Positions 25,401 to 38,900 of a DNA stretch of 64,000 nt are shown one piece after another. The position numbers and the translations under genes were made by a program. This stretch comes from Trichosphaerium sp. ATCC 40318 (Eukaryota > Protista > Tubulinea): NCBI GenBank assembly GCA_038496445.1, contig JALMLS010000420.1, forward strand, positions 186,001 through 250,000. The letters run 5' to 3'. The notes under the pieces are model-generated. The model ran no database searches. It was given only the letters and a program-made list of their open reading frames with translations, and was not told where the DNA came from. How positions within the stretch are numbered: position 1 is the stretch's first letter; every line of letters starts with the position of its first letter.

Positions 25401-25738
25401 CCTTTATGTAGTTCGTCCTCGTCTTTGGGGTCCTGTACAAAAACGGTCAGTTGTGGACAAGTTTTTACAGTATAGACAGCTAGTATGCGAATATAGCATT
25501 ACTTTTGAGTAACTTGTAATACGATAGCTACGTCACCAAATAGAAGCGTACCTTCGCTACTTCAGCTGCAGGTTCAGCTTTAGTCTCTGTCGGTTGAGTT
25601 GCTGGCGCAGCAGCCTTTTTTTTAGCTAAAGGGAGTTAGATCAGGAGAAGCAACCAAAATCGTGTAAAAACCTGCTAAACGGCGTTGTCTTCTACGCTCT
25701 GCAGCCTTCTCTTCCTCAGTAGGGCCGTTAGATGACAT
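16441..25738 (-). CDS. Myosin heavy chain, class V/XI-like (motor, IQ motifs, coiled-coil tail, DIL domain)
   Basis: [10 protein letters not shown]-loop, [35 protein letters not shown] and LRCGGVLE. Several IQxxxRG motifs. DIL-region LIYWLSTS and [13 protein letters not shown]. Confidence 0.95.
19640..21035 (-). repeat. Internal coding repeats in the myosin tail exon
   Basis: Three near-identical copies of [31 protein letters not shown]..[27 protein letters not shown] and two copies of [29 protein letters not shown]. Confidence 0.9.
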
Positions 25739-26313
25739 TATAATGTCTTGCTTTCAGAGGTGCAGAATTCAACAAACAAGGTGTAGAAGTGCCAAAGAGG
25801 TAACAGGTAGCACTATACGCTTTTCTTGTGGATCGAATTTTAAAATAAGCTGCACAAGAAAACTTAAACTACCTTTCCACAGTGCTCGCTTTTTACACTA
25901 CTAGTACGCCCACGCTAGTAAAGACGTTCTACTTCTGTATTGTTGCAAACTTAGCCCAAAAACTTCACCACATAGCATCACCTGAAATCGGAGTACTAGC
26001 GACATCGTTTATAAGGTGCATACGCAACAACTTCGATTCCGAACTAGTTTAGGAAAAGGGAACACACTTTGTGGCCATCGATTTGATTGTACAGCCGCCT
26101 AACTGGTTACTCTCTTGCTTTCTTCTTTTTCACATTGGTAAACTAGGTGTTGCAACCTAAAACAGGTTTTTGGCATTTCCCAAAAAACCCTCCGAATGGT
26201 GCTAGTACTAGCTCGTATCGCTATTTTTACCACCACGCCGTTTGCCAGTTCCTTTGTTGCACCAGTGCCAAAGATTTTGGAAAAAAAAATTTAATTAAAA
26301 CTGGATTTTACTC

Positions 26314-27108
26314 TTACTCCGCTTTGGGTGGAGTAAAAAAGTGACTCTTTATAGGTTTGACACCGAATAGCTTTTGAAAGTTACCACGAATAGCCACAGA
26401 GCAGACAACGTATAAGAAAATAAATGAGCAATCAGTGTAGTCATCACCTGTTAACAAAAACAAAAAGTCGTTAGATTGTGTCTGACACTACTTTAGTCGC
26501 TCAATAGGCGTCTTACCTCTTAAACCACGATGTGCGAGGCTTCTGAAGAAAAACATTGGTTCAAAAGGCAGTTTGGCAACTACCATACCCTCAAAGCTAA
26601 TGCGCGTTAACCAGGGAGCAACAAGAAATGTTTTCTTTGTCGTTTTGTGGTGAGAGCGTACATGGAATTGAGGAGTGCTAGAAACATGATATTAAAACCA
26701 ATTAGAAATAATCCATCGCTTTTAAAGCGTTGGAATGTCATTGATCGTTTTGCAGCGTCAAGTTCTTCTTCAAGCCCTTTTTTCTTTTTTTGGTTGTTCT
26801 TGTTGCCCACATCACGCGTTTTACGGACTAAGAGATAAATTATAAGATTTTTGTCGTTTAAATTGACACATTGGCTTGAGAAAGTTGTGACTTCCGTGTT
26901 TGAACCATAAATTGGGAGTTATACGTACTTCTGCCCTCAAGTTTGTCAATTTTGCTCTTGAGGTTTTTATAATCTTTCGTCCTGTATATAAGGAGCCATG
27001 ATAGACCTAGCTCAATAAACACTAAAAAACAAATTTCAAACTATTACCCTCTACCATAGCTACACTGAAAAGTGAAGCGAGTAAGATTTGTATGCACTCC
27101 ACAAGCAT
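26314..27108 (-). CDS. TMCO1: TMCO1 (ER membrane protein, EMC3/TMCO1 family)
   Basis: SWLLIYRTKDYKNLK, FEGMVVAKLPFEPMFFFRSLAHRGLRGDDYTDCSFIFLY and IRGNFQKLFG. Confidence 0.9.
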
Positions 27109-27249
27109 TTGTATACTCAGTTTGTACAGCACAAAAAAAAGAACAACCCACAAAAAACCACAACGTCAAACTTGGTCACAATTTACACGTAATAATTATT
27201 CGTTGTAAGCTCAAGGCCAAACATCACTTACAAAAGAAGAGGATATAAT

Positions 27250-28524
27250 CTACTCTGGTTCTACAGTTTTTACCATCATCGTTGCACAGGCTCTGAATGC
27301 TTCATCTACGTACGACCGTTAGATTCACGTGATTGTTTTTTGTCTAATTAGTTTTAAGTACCAACGCCTTTGCTTGTTTTACAACTTGTCTCAAAGTATG
27401 GCATTCTATATTTCGAAGCTAGGTTTTCACCTTGTTCTTTAGTCACCTATCAAACATATGTTAGAGAAGTGTTAGTTTCTTGAGTACGTACCATTCTTTT
27501 ACCAGTAACATCATCAAATTTTCCAGCAACTAGAACCCCACAGACATTAAATGGAGCCTAAAGTCTACAGTGAGATTTCTTTGTTTTCGAAAAGATAAAT
27601 ATGTCATACAAAGTTAGCCATGTCTTTGATCCAAATCTCAGCCTCTACGATACGATGAATATAGACTATCAAACTGCATTAGCAATACATACCTTGAAAA
27701 GAGCTTGTGTCGTTCATGTCATACATCTAAAGATGGACACAATTAGTGGTTAGTGGTTTGTTAAGCGCTCGCTAAATAGTGGAATTGCGTACAAATATGA
27801 CACCACGAAAGTAAGAGCTTTGGTACTCGAATGGATGTTTGTTCTTATCTTTTGTAGCATCTCCCCCGCCAAGTCGGATTCTTTAAAGTAAAATAAGCAA
27901 GTAGCACGTGACAAAAATGTTGATCAATTAGTTGCGTGCCTGTGAATACAAATAAGATCTAGTTTTACCTTACGCCTTCTTGGTGTCACATTATCCACCA
28001 CACGCGCCAAAGAACCTTTTGTAACCTCAAAACGAGGATATTTCTGCAATAAAATATTAATTGATCTGTTTGGTAGGATGACGTTCTTATAGGAGCGCTC
28101 GTTTGAGTGTTTTCTCTTTGTTGTAGTTTTTAAAGGTATAAAGATCGGATTAATCGCTTTACCATTGCATCCTGTAGGTGTGGAGGCTTAAATTCCTCCC
28201 ATTCTAGCTTCTCGAGATCCCTCCTGGGCTCCTCGCCCATTTTTTCGTCATCTTCTGGAATAGGAAACTAGTTTAGAGGTTAAATTGGTGACTGACGGTG
28301 AGTGTAACGCAGTGTATTTATTCGAAACGATAAATAGGCACGTGTTTAAAAAATAATAGTTGTTAATTACACGGCACGTGCTTTACCTGGCATCTAACAA
28401 AGCGATATACGAGGCTTCGCTTTCCGCTACCTTTTGCGCCTACTACAATAGTTCTAAAGGAGAAATCGATACCACCACTAGAAGGAGACGATGTATCCTT
28501 CTTTTTACTCTTTTTACCACCCAT
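27250..28524 (-). CDS. Atypical Rab-like small GTPase with an N-myristoylation motif
   Basis: MGGKKSKKK, FRTIVVGAKGSGKRSLVYRF, SYFRGVIF/MYDMNDTSSF, LVAGKFD and PYFETSCKTSKGVDEAF. Ends KTVEPE* with no Cys prenylation motif. Middle exons are unresolved. Confidence 0.75.
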
Positions 28525-29028
28525 TCGTTAAAGGTTGCCGATTAAAAATATTGATTCGAATAGTTTTGACACTATTGTGAACAAAGTACTGTGTCGAGTT
28601 AGTAATTGATCATATAGTGGTAGAGACTCTTGAATTGATCCGGATTATCTACAAAAAATTATAATCAATAATCGCATTTTTTTGCTTGTATTTGTTCATC
28701 GCTATGGGCCTTTCAAGACGTTGTAACAAGCAACCAATATGTGATTCACCTGATAGCATCCATTTTATCAAATATGAGGCATGGAAATTATTTAGGTTAC
28801 TCATTACGACTGACAGATAATCATTTTTCTCGATAATCCGGGTCAATTCCATCTTGAAGCTATTGTATTTCAGTTTGGACGGTAAATTACTGCGGAACAA
28901 GTTGCACGTGTTGCTATGTGTCTCTGTTAACAGTTAAAAAATGGTGTTGTGAGTACCAGAAAAAAGTGTTCCGCGGAATGTACTGGTCAAATTGGCCGGC
29001 GTCTTCTATCACAAATTTGTTTTTGAAG

Positions 29029-30066
29029 ATGGAAAACGCAACTGATGGTATTACTGTCATGACATTCAATGTCTACATGGACGGCCACAGCCAAAAAGGG
29101 AGTATAAAAACTAAAGTTCGTATTTCACCTGCCATACGCGATTAATGGTATTAGAACGCAATTATAGCGAGTAACGCTTGTATTGTATGTCTACAAGAAA
29201 CAAATCAGCAATGGGAAGCTTACCTCGATACAGAAGGTACTGTCGAGCGTCTTACGTCATTAAAACCAATGTAACGTATTTTTGGACGCAGATTCAGACG
29301 GTTTAAGCTTATTCTATTTAGACATGCGAAAAATATATCCTCACATTACGTTCAAGAACCACAGGTGGAAATGGGGAGGATTTGCTGTGTTTTCTAAACA
29401 TCCGTTCAATGAAGGAGGTTTTATTGACTCCGTACAACCTTGGTGGTACGTTATAAGTGTATCTGACGCATCACATAACGTCCAAAGGTATCCCGGATGG
29501 CGCGTAGTGGTCGACCACCCTAAAACAACCTTACAGATCTTAAACCTTCACTTGCAAGCTCCATTCCCTTCCAACCCTTTTACAGTATGTATCGTATTGC
29601 GCGTAAGTGAACTAATTACTCTATTAGGTTCAAAGAAACAGAAAATTTGAAGTGTCTTCGTACTATGCTCTCATGGATGATCCAAATACAATGTCATCTT
29701 TAGTTTTAGGTGACTTCAACACTAAAGGAGGGCCTCCACTCCGTTATTTAACAAAGAGAGGCTACAAAAATGCACTCAAAGGTACGCCAAAGAAAATGTC
29801 AACCTGACTCGTGGTTGTCATAATTTGACACGTGTCTTCTTTGTGGAATCCAACAGTTTGAAAAAATGCATTGTTTCTTCTGCACCACGCAAGCACTAAC
29901 GATTGTAGATGTAAATTGTAAGAAAAGTACATGGCGTTGGGGTTGGCTTAGTCATACTTACGATCATATATTCTATCAAGGGCTTTCTATTCATTCTGCA
30001 GATGTACCTAGAGTTGGCGGTAGCGATCACTTCCCTATTGTAGCAACTTTTTCTGTTCAAGCATGA
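29029..30066 (+). CDS. Endonuclease/exonuclease/phosphatase (EEP) family protein
   Basis: VMTFNV, VCLQET, NLHL, LGDFN, YDHIF and GSDHFPI. Confidence 0.9.
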
Positions 30067-30598
30067 AAAGCTGCACGTGATAAAAAAAAATAAACATCTT
30101 GTGCGATTCTACTGCTTCAATATCTTTGACAAATATTGTGATATTTCCGGAGTTTGCGTGAGGACTGCTGTGACTGATTAATATCTCACTGAGGATTTTA
30201 CAAAAAAAAATACAGCATATTCGAGATGTTGTCATATAAAAACCGTTTCGTTTCACGTTTGTACAACGGTTTACGAGGCACATAGTAAAGTTGGCTCAAC
30301 GCTCGAGAAAATATGCTCCAATGGTACCATATGGTCACGTTTCGTTATGGCTACAGCTGGTAAACAGCATGAAGTATTTTAAAACGCTGGAGCTATTTCC
30401 CCCTCACATAAGTCGTTTTTTCACAAAATCACAAGCTCAAAATCTCCCATGAAGTCATAGATCTAAGTGAACAAACAAATGCATAAAGCGGCATATAGAT
30501 ACATGGCAAGATTATCGGGCTCTTTTTTTTATAAGACGAGTTTCAAATGTTTTTTATTTTTGGTTGTTGGTCTTACTAAACAATAGCTAGTATAGCGG

Positions 30599-32659
30599 TT
30601 ATGGTGCTACTACTGGAGGTGGGCACATGGCTCCTTCGCCTTCACAATTGAGGTTTGTTCCTGCTGAATCAGAGCTACAGGCATCTGTATCAGCACCACC
30701 GTCAACAGTTGGTTGGCCTACTCCGTTAGCGCCTACGTTGTTACAATCAAAGAGTTCATCATCGCCTGCATCACCAAGGATTTCTCTCAACTGGAAAAAA
30801 TATTAGAGATATATTTATATAAAACGCGGTAGTGTGAATATATCGCCTTCCAAAAGAAACAGCATTGTGGCTTTTAATAAGAGAAACTAGTTTGTAAGCG
30901 TTTGGTCATTACGTACACTACTGTCTGATACTATCATTTCATCGTCACCAGCCTCACCGTCTAATGTACCACCATTGAATTCATCAGCTGTTGAATCAAA
31001 TACGTCAATGCAATCATTTTCTGTTCCGCCCATAATATTCCATATTTGAGAGCAACCAATGGATAAGTCATCATCACCACCTTCTAGATAAATATTTCCG
31101 CTGACTTGTGCGTTTTCGATAAACACTTTGTCACTTCCAGCACCCATCCTAATCTCGGATGATGAGCGTACGTTTCCTTCAATCATACTGAATCCATCAT
31201 CAGACATTCCAGTAAAAGTCACTGAGCTTATGGTAGAGTCTACAAGGCCTATGAAATTTGGGTCGTTACCCTCGCCTATTTATAATATTAACATACATGA
31301 AGTCGCAACTCCGAATGAAGCTCAAAGACAAATCGAAAAAAAAAAAAAAAAAGCAAAATTTTTGTTTCAACACGTGCCATCTACATTGTTGACTGCTGAA
31401 CCTTCAGCAAAAAGACAACCAGATCCTTGACCGAACATTACATTTGCAAGTGAACTGCCTTCCATAGCCGCAGCTAGAAGAAAAGTGAGTCAAAAACAAC
31501 TCGTAAAATCAAATGTGCTTACTTGTGTCAGTCAAAGCTTTTATGCAATCGAGTTCATCCCCTCCTGAAATTGTGCCTGTTGCTCGACCACCGTAGTATG
31601 TTGCGGTGTTAGTACCCTCACCGAGATTCACAGCACCACTAGTTCTACCGCTTACAAACACGCAATCATTTCCCGAACCTAAACAAACAAATTTAGAAAC
31701 CAAATAACGAAATAAACCGAAAAATACACAAATCACGTGAAGTGTTTGGATAAAGTCAAAGTGGGTTTTTTTTCTTGTGGTTAACTTGATTCAGTTATAG
31801 AAGCCGTTTCAGAAATTAAGCAATAAAGTTGCGAAATATTATAGCAAGTTATAATCCACGTGAACAAAAAAAAAAACCTACAAAAAATATCTTAACGGGC
31901 CGGTCGCCGTACCAAAATTAGCATTTCGTGTGATTTCACCATTTACAAAAACGCAGTTATCAGCAGTTGAGGCGGCAAAGTTGAGGGTTCTTACTGTAGC
32001 GCCCTCTTCAATCATGACACATACAGGATCACCGTTGTTTTGTACCCTCAGTGTACGAACCTCCGCTCCCGCTTCGATAATGGCACAACTAGAGACACGG
32101 AAAACATCTAAATAAAAGCGTCAGTTATTCCGGAGAGTTTTGATGGAGAGATTCAAGTTATTAAAAAGAGTTGAACCGAGTGAACTGGTTAACACCAAAA
32201 AAAAAAAAAAAAGACAAAAAAAAATCACGCTGTAATCTGGTTTGTACTTGTTGATGAGCTTAATGTATCACATCCGCCTGACATTAAGAGCGTTGTACAA
32301 GATGAACACGGATCAATATCTCCAGCGCATGCCATATCCGCTGCACAATTACAAATAGGACAAGAAGCATCAGTGGAGCACATATCTAGTTCGGAGAGTA
32401 AGTGGGATATGTCTTACAACAATTTGTAGTTTTTTTGAGCCATTGTTTTTGTGATCAAAACAGAAAACATCGAAAATAGGACCCCGTTCAATGGTATTAG
32501 TTACGTTAAAGATAAACACGTGATAGCATCGTGTTATAACAAGAGAGGTATTTTCAAACGTAATTCTAGGCTTAGACGTTAAAGTAAGGACTTACTAGGT
32601 ATCTGAGTGTATGCAATAGACAGTAAGGCTGCCACCAGTAAAATATTAAGAGCTCTCAT
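30599..32659 (-). CDS. Secreted acidic Gly/Asp/Cys-rich protein with RTX-like (GGxGxD) calcium-binding beta-roll repeats
   Basis: Signal peptide MRALNILLVAALLSIA. Repeats GSGNDCV, GGDELDC, GAGSDKV, EGGDDDL, GGTENDC, DGEAGDDEM, GDAGDDEL and DGGADTDAC. Confidence 0.7.
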
Positions 32660-33326
32660 GAGGGTTATGTTGTGTTAATTTGTTATTTATGATTTGTTAA
32701 GTTGTATCTCACATTATCTGAACTAAAACGCCGGTTGTCTCCCTCATTTCTCGAAACAATCGTTTAGAAAAACGAGTGGAATAATGTATTTTTATGATAA
32801 ACGACGGGAATCTTTAAAAAGATGAGGTGAACATTTTGTGGAGTTGTTTTTAGAATGTTGTAATCACCATCCCCGTCTTTGTTGAGATTGTGGGTTGAAG
32901 CTTGTTGTAGTTTCTTGGCTTGTTGGCGGCTCTATTCTTCACGAAAATATAGCGTCATTTATCGCAGGAAGAAGCATTTTGTTGGGAAACGGTAGCTGCT
33001 TAAAATCACCGTTTTTCTGTTTTCAATGATATAAATCAAATTGTTTTTTTTATTACTTAAGAGTACGCCGTGTGATGACGGGTTTTCTGAACTTGCTAAA
33101 ACCTGTTAGGGGTTACGTGACACGTGAATTGGTTTACATTTTAAGCACAAAAAGTGTTTTCAAATCGTTAATTAACTAAATACTTTCGACCTTTTTTTTT
33201 TTTGTGTGTTGTGGTACTTCCTCTTCGTATAATCACGTGCGCAATGAATATTGTTTCCATGACTGTAGATAACTTCGCTATGGGGAACATTTCTTTTTTG
33301 GATTTCAGTGGGGAGGTTGAACTTGG

Positions 33327-33569
33327 ACTCAGTTTAGTAACTACTAGTTTGATGAAACAAGAAATTGCAAGGAAACACGTATTAGGTTTGAGCCCTTTAT
33401 AACAACTAAATTTGTTTGGTCGTGGCTTCGTCATACTCTTCTGTAATATCAGAGTTTCTTCAATACTGTTAAATGGAACGTTGTAGAAGGGAACACAGGC
33501 GAGACAACGTACATTAAAGTATTACAGTATATTTTTTATAGTGGCTTTCTGTAATATGTGACACATTGA
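33327..33569. repeat. About 240-bp direct repeat, copy 1 (degenerate coding-like)
   Basis: ACTCAGTTTAGTAACTA...GTGACACATTGA recurs at 34474-34702 with indels. Confidence 0.85.
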
Positions 33570-34473
33570 CGTGTTGTAAAAACTGCAAATGTTACTGTAC
33601 AACATAACGAATACACACAAAGGATACTGTGATGAAAGGAAGACAGTCATTCTTTAGCTCTAGCATTTCTATTCGAGCGAGTTTAGAATTTAAAGTGCGC
33701 AATATCACTTATTGTTGAACCATTACCAAGCAACCTTGAAAGGTGTAAAATCGTGGTAATCTAAAAACTAGAAGAGTTTTTGTTGTTACAAGTTTGTCCC
33801 TTTTTTTGGTTGTTTTATGTCATGATAAAGAATACTGGGATAGCGTAAAGACTTTCAAGTTGTTAACATTAGTACGAATCAAATTTTAAGCAAAGGTTCC
33901 CTTGCTCTGACACTGCCTTTGTAGCTGGTATATCACTGTCCTCAAAACAAAGCGCTGAAGGAGTTCACATGTTAACAGTACACAAAGAGACTGGTTCCAT
34001 GACATTTGAATGTATCAAAGAGTCTCCATTCAATTTCGATTCGAGAGTATGTTTTGCAAACAGGTTATTCTAACCACGGAGTTTGTAAAGTATCATGAGA
34101 ACAGGAAACACTTTCAAAGTATCTTCCTGTTCACACAAGTACATTTGAGTCAATAAATGACGATTATCGATGTCAGTTCATGGCTAACAAAGGCGGAACA
34201 ACAGAAGGTATTTTTTTTGTAAATGATGAGATGCTTGTATTCGAACCAGCAACAAAGTACGCACTTGAATCTTTACTAAACTAGACGAGTCCTCTACTGT
34301 GCTGAATAATAACTCAATCATTTGTTATTTAGACCAAAAAGTTCATGCACCACATCTTTTAGAGAAATCTCAGCATGGTGCGAGAATTCATTTGATTGAC
34401 GAAAGAGGAGTTGATGGTATTAAAAGCTACAAACATTTGTATTTCAAATAAATCAGATACTTTTTGTTTAGCA

Positions 34474-34702
34474 ACTCAGTTTAGTAACTACCAGTTTGAT
34501 GAAACTAGAAATTGCAAGGAAACACGCATTAGGTTTGAGCTTTACAACAACTCAATTTGTTTGGTAGTCTCGTCATACGCTTTGTAATATCAGAGTTTCT
34601 TCAATACTGTTAAATGGGACGCTGTAGAAGGGAACACAGGCGCAACAACGTACATTACAGTAAGCTCTATGCAGTGGCTTTCTGTAGTGTGTGACACATT
34701 GA
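34474..34702. repeat. About 240-bp direct repeat, copy 2
   Basis: Homologous to 33327-33569. Confidence 0.85.
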
Positions 34703-35304
34703 TTTGCCTTGATGGTACGTCTACTAGTGCTGTACATGTTGTGATTCAAGGCTTTTGTACTCGTAAATAGTTGATATCCTTGAAAACATGAAGTTTACAA
34801 TTTTGTGAATGTAGTTTGAGAAAGATACAACTGTCACGCTTTGTGTATATGAGAACGAACTTATTGCTTATTGTATGTCATCAACCCTGTGTTTGAGCAA
34901 AAGGCTGTCAAGACCACTGCCTTACAAATGTAGCATTCTTGATGTCGCGTCAGTTCGTATCTTTCAAGTACCTAAACCAGTATCTGCTCTGCAGAATCCT
35001 GTTCCTTTCGCTGCTTTTTGGTTGTACACAGGCAATCAATTCGCATATCAACCTTTTTACAATTAAGCGAGTGGAAAACTGTAAACTAACCAAATTGACC
35101 CAACTTTTTACGGATGAAGGCCACCGCGTACGAGAATATTACTCGACAGGGTATAGTAGACCCTTCGGTGGTGTCTCCTAGCAATCGACCTGCGATAGAA
35201 TCAAGGCACGTGAATTAAAGCAAAAAACCACCACAAAACCTTTCTCTTTGACTCTCAACTTGATTGTGACTGCAGTATATAGGGTAAGAGAAATAAAAGA
35301 GCAC

Positions 35305-38300
35305 ATGCAATCTCTACAAAGTCTGATGGGATCAAAATCACCACCTTCAACAGCTAGACGTGTTAGTAGTGAGAAGGATGCTTCCTTTTTGAGAAATCAG
35401 GCAATTCAAAGTTATATTAAATCAAACGATAAGCTCCGACGGCGTAATGAGTATCTTAGAGGAAAGTTAAAGGAAGAGCAATTACGTTCTAGGTAAAAAA
35501 ACAAAAGTACAAACAAGTATAAGTACACTTTTTGGTTTATTAATACTGTTTGTTTGAAAAAACTTTTTTTCAAAATATCACGTGATAACGAAAAGGGTTA
35601 CGTGTAAATTTTTTTTTTTTCAAATTGAACACACGTCCGTAAGGTCACGAAAAAAAAAAAAAAAGAAGTTTCAGATTGAATTTACTTAAATGGTAAATGT
35701 GCTCGACGTGATGTTGTTTTTAGGGAGTATAAACGAAGGTATGGAAATACGCTTAAGCAAGTAAAATACAACAGCGAGACAATAGCGATGCTAGAGAATC
35801 AATTAGAGAAGTTTATTGAACTAGCGAATAACAGTCAGGATCAAATTCGCGCAATGCAAAAAGAAAACGAGCTACAGCGTCAATATATCGCGACATTAGA
35901 AGCTAGGAAGGGACATGGTCCTAAGTCCCTTAGAAATGGTCCAGTATATAATATTAGAACAAGATCACCTAATGGAAAAAGCCGCGATAGTGGTGCTGGC
36001 GAAGAAAACAGTTCTGAAGAGCAAAGCCTAGAAAAAACAGCGGTACGAACCTTTTTTTTGTTGTTTTTTTTGTGGTTTTTTTTGTTACCCACGTGTTGTG
36101 TTATACAGCCGATAAATAATTTTTATATAGTCTGGTCGTGTGCGTTTACATAAGAGACATAGATCCCAGTCTTTTGATCAACTTGTATTCGGGAAAAAAA
36201 TCGATAAGTTGAAAAAACAGCAAAGTGATGAAAACGAGTCTAGATCACTCCGTAAAAGCGATGATCCTAATAGATATAAGCCACTAAAGAGTGACAATAC
36301 TCCAGAAAAGTATAAGCACGCTAGAAAGGGAAGTAGAAGTCCACGAAATAGGCGGAAAAGAGATGGAGATGTTTCTCTTGCAAAACGTTTTATTGCAGAG
36401 CAAGACAAACGTGCCTTGCGTACAAGATCTCTGGGTTCTCCAGGAGGTAAAAAAAAACCAACTCAATAATTTAAACACAAAAGCAAAATACTAATACATT
36501 ATTTTTCTAGCAATGCGTGCGCGTCGTAAAGCTCAAGGTGAGTGGTTTTCCTTCTTTTGAAATATTCAAAAAACTTATATTTTTGTTAAGAAGAGGAAAA
36601 GTCTGAGAACGATAAGGATAAACGTGCTCATACAGCAAAACATGATACGAAAAAAATTCAAGAAATTGCAAAAGCAGCACTTATACAAAAAGCCAAAGAA
36701 CTCGCTGAAAAATCCGAAGAAACTCATGAACGCACGTGCAAAGATTTCTTTGTGGATAGATTTTCTTATTTTCTGACATTCTGCCTTCATTAGAACGTCC
36801 GGAGCCTATCGAAACTGTTGAGCCGGAATCAGATGTCCAAACAACTGATACTGAAGAAGACCATAAAGATGGTATGTATACAGTTTTATTAATCAAGTGT
36901 TTTGAGAAAAAATAGAATTCTATTAATGTGTTTCAACTTTAGCGCTTTCTAGACGTCTTACAAAGTATGAAGAGTCTTGGAGGATAAACTATGAAGATTT
37001 ATATTTCATATCTGAGCTAGGAAAGGGTACTTCTGCTACTGGTAAGTAATATAATTTCGGTCGATTTCAGTTTCTTCAGAATTGATAAAATGTTGGTTTT
37101 TGACTTTTTTGGTTTAGTGTACAAAGGAACATACAAGAATCAAGCAGTTGCTATCAAAGTGCTAAGATTACCTGAAAGGAGACAATATATGGCTGATTTT
37201 AAAAAAGAGTTAGAAGTAGTAACGTATGTGCTTTTTGAAAAGGCTTTCTTTTTTCATTTTGCTCTAACCTTTTGTTAAAGGACTATTCGTGCACCTAATA
37301 TAGTGCACTTCTTTGGTGCCACTCTAGGAGAGCCTCACTGTTGTATGGTTTTGGAATTATGCAAAAACGGTGATTTGTTTCATTTACTTGGTAATAAATC
37401 GATTGACATCACGTGGGACAGGTAATAAAATACAACAACAAGAGTTCCCAAGTATCAAAAAAACCTATTAACATTATTTTATAGAGTGCTACAATGGATT
37501 ACTGATACTGTTGTGGGTATTAATACATTACATCAATGGACACCTCAGATTGTTCACAGAGATCTAAAAACGCTTAATCTACTAGTATGTTTGATCTTGC
37601 CTTTAGCAGAGACACCTGATATTAAAAACGAAATTTAGGCTGATGAGAATTTCCGTGTTAAAGTTTGCGATTTCGGTCTTAGCCGATTTACGAATGGAGA
37701 GCACACGTTAACGACCCTTGGTCGCCTGAGAGGAACTTATGCATACACAGCTCCTGAAGTATACCTTGGAAAGACTTTTTCAACAAAGTCAGACGTGTAC
37801 AGGTTAGAACGAAATCAATAGTATCAGTCTTTTTCTTATTTTTTTAAACTTAGTATTGGTGTAATTCTTTGGGAAATGGTGATAAGGTGTATGTCAGGTG
37901 ATCATCAGCGACCGTTTGCAGAGTATAAGGCTATGTTTTCGCGACCTTTCCAAATCATTATCCAAGTGCGTTGTGGTGTTCCTCACTTCTTTTTTTCCAT
38001 AACAAACTTTTAAGGCTGCTACGAAGAAGCGAAGACCTACAATCCCGCCAAAGACACCTGTACGTAACACGTGATTTTCCATCATCTATACATCCAACAC
38101 CTTACAATGCATAGTCTCCTGTTTTTGGTATGATTCAAGTATGTTGGGCACCTCTACCAGAAGACAGACCGAGTTGCGAGCAGCTATTGAGTATGTTATT
38201 GTTTGTAATTTTTTCTGTTTATTAAGTGGTTTCTTGAAGGCATGTTAAAAACGATTCGAGAAGAGTACGCTTCACATAAACAAGAATGGGATAATACGTG

Positions 38301-38589
38301 CCATGATTCTCCAGATGTTATACCTGTTCTTAAGCCTCCACCAAAGTTAATCAAAGAGATTAAAGCGAAAGGAAGTAAATCAAAAAGTAAGCACAGTGGT
38401 TTTTCTTTTTTTTTTTTTTCAATGGTTTTGAGCTCTGTTGACTTTTACTCCTTTTTAGCAAACGTTGTGGGTAAATTATTCAAGAGAAGAGGTTCCAAGG
38501 TACCTCCTAAAAGTAAAGACAAGGATTATAAAGACTCCTCAAAAGATGTTGGATTCAGATCTTCTTCCGAAACATTGGGCACATCATAA
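35305..38589 (+). CDS. TKL-group protein kinase with an N-terminal coiled-coil/low-complexity region
   Basis: LGKGTSATVYKG, VAIKVL, HRDLKTLNLL, DFGLSR, GTYAYTAPE, DVYSIGVILWE and CWAPLPEDRP. The start is uncertain. Confidence 0.9.
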
Positions 38590-38900
38590 CCTTTTTTTTT
38601 TTATTATTGTCATAGTATATAACCACAAGCGCTCTTAACACTCTTCACATGCTGTAACATTTTAAAAACTGCAACAATATGATAATACCTATTCATGTTG
38701 TGCCACAAAAACGTTGTAGATCATATCTGAGCAACCTTGTAAATGAGTAAAAACGAAAACAAAAAACCTCGTTGACTTAGTTAAATAAATCATAAGTCAC
38801 AAGCAAACTTTACTCAGATCTATCTCTAGAGTTTTGTAGATTCACAGAATCCATTTTTGACAGTTTATTAGAAGTTCTACCAGGAGAACACTGCTGCGAG

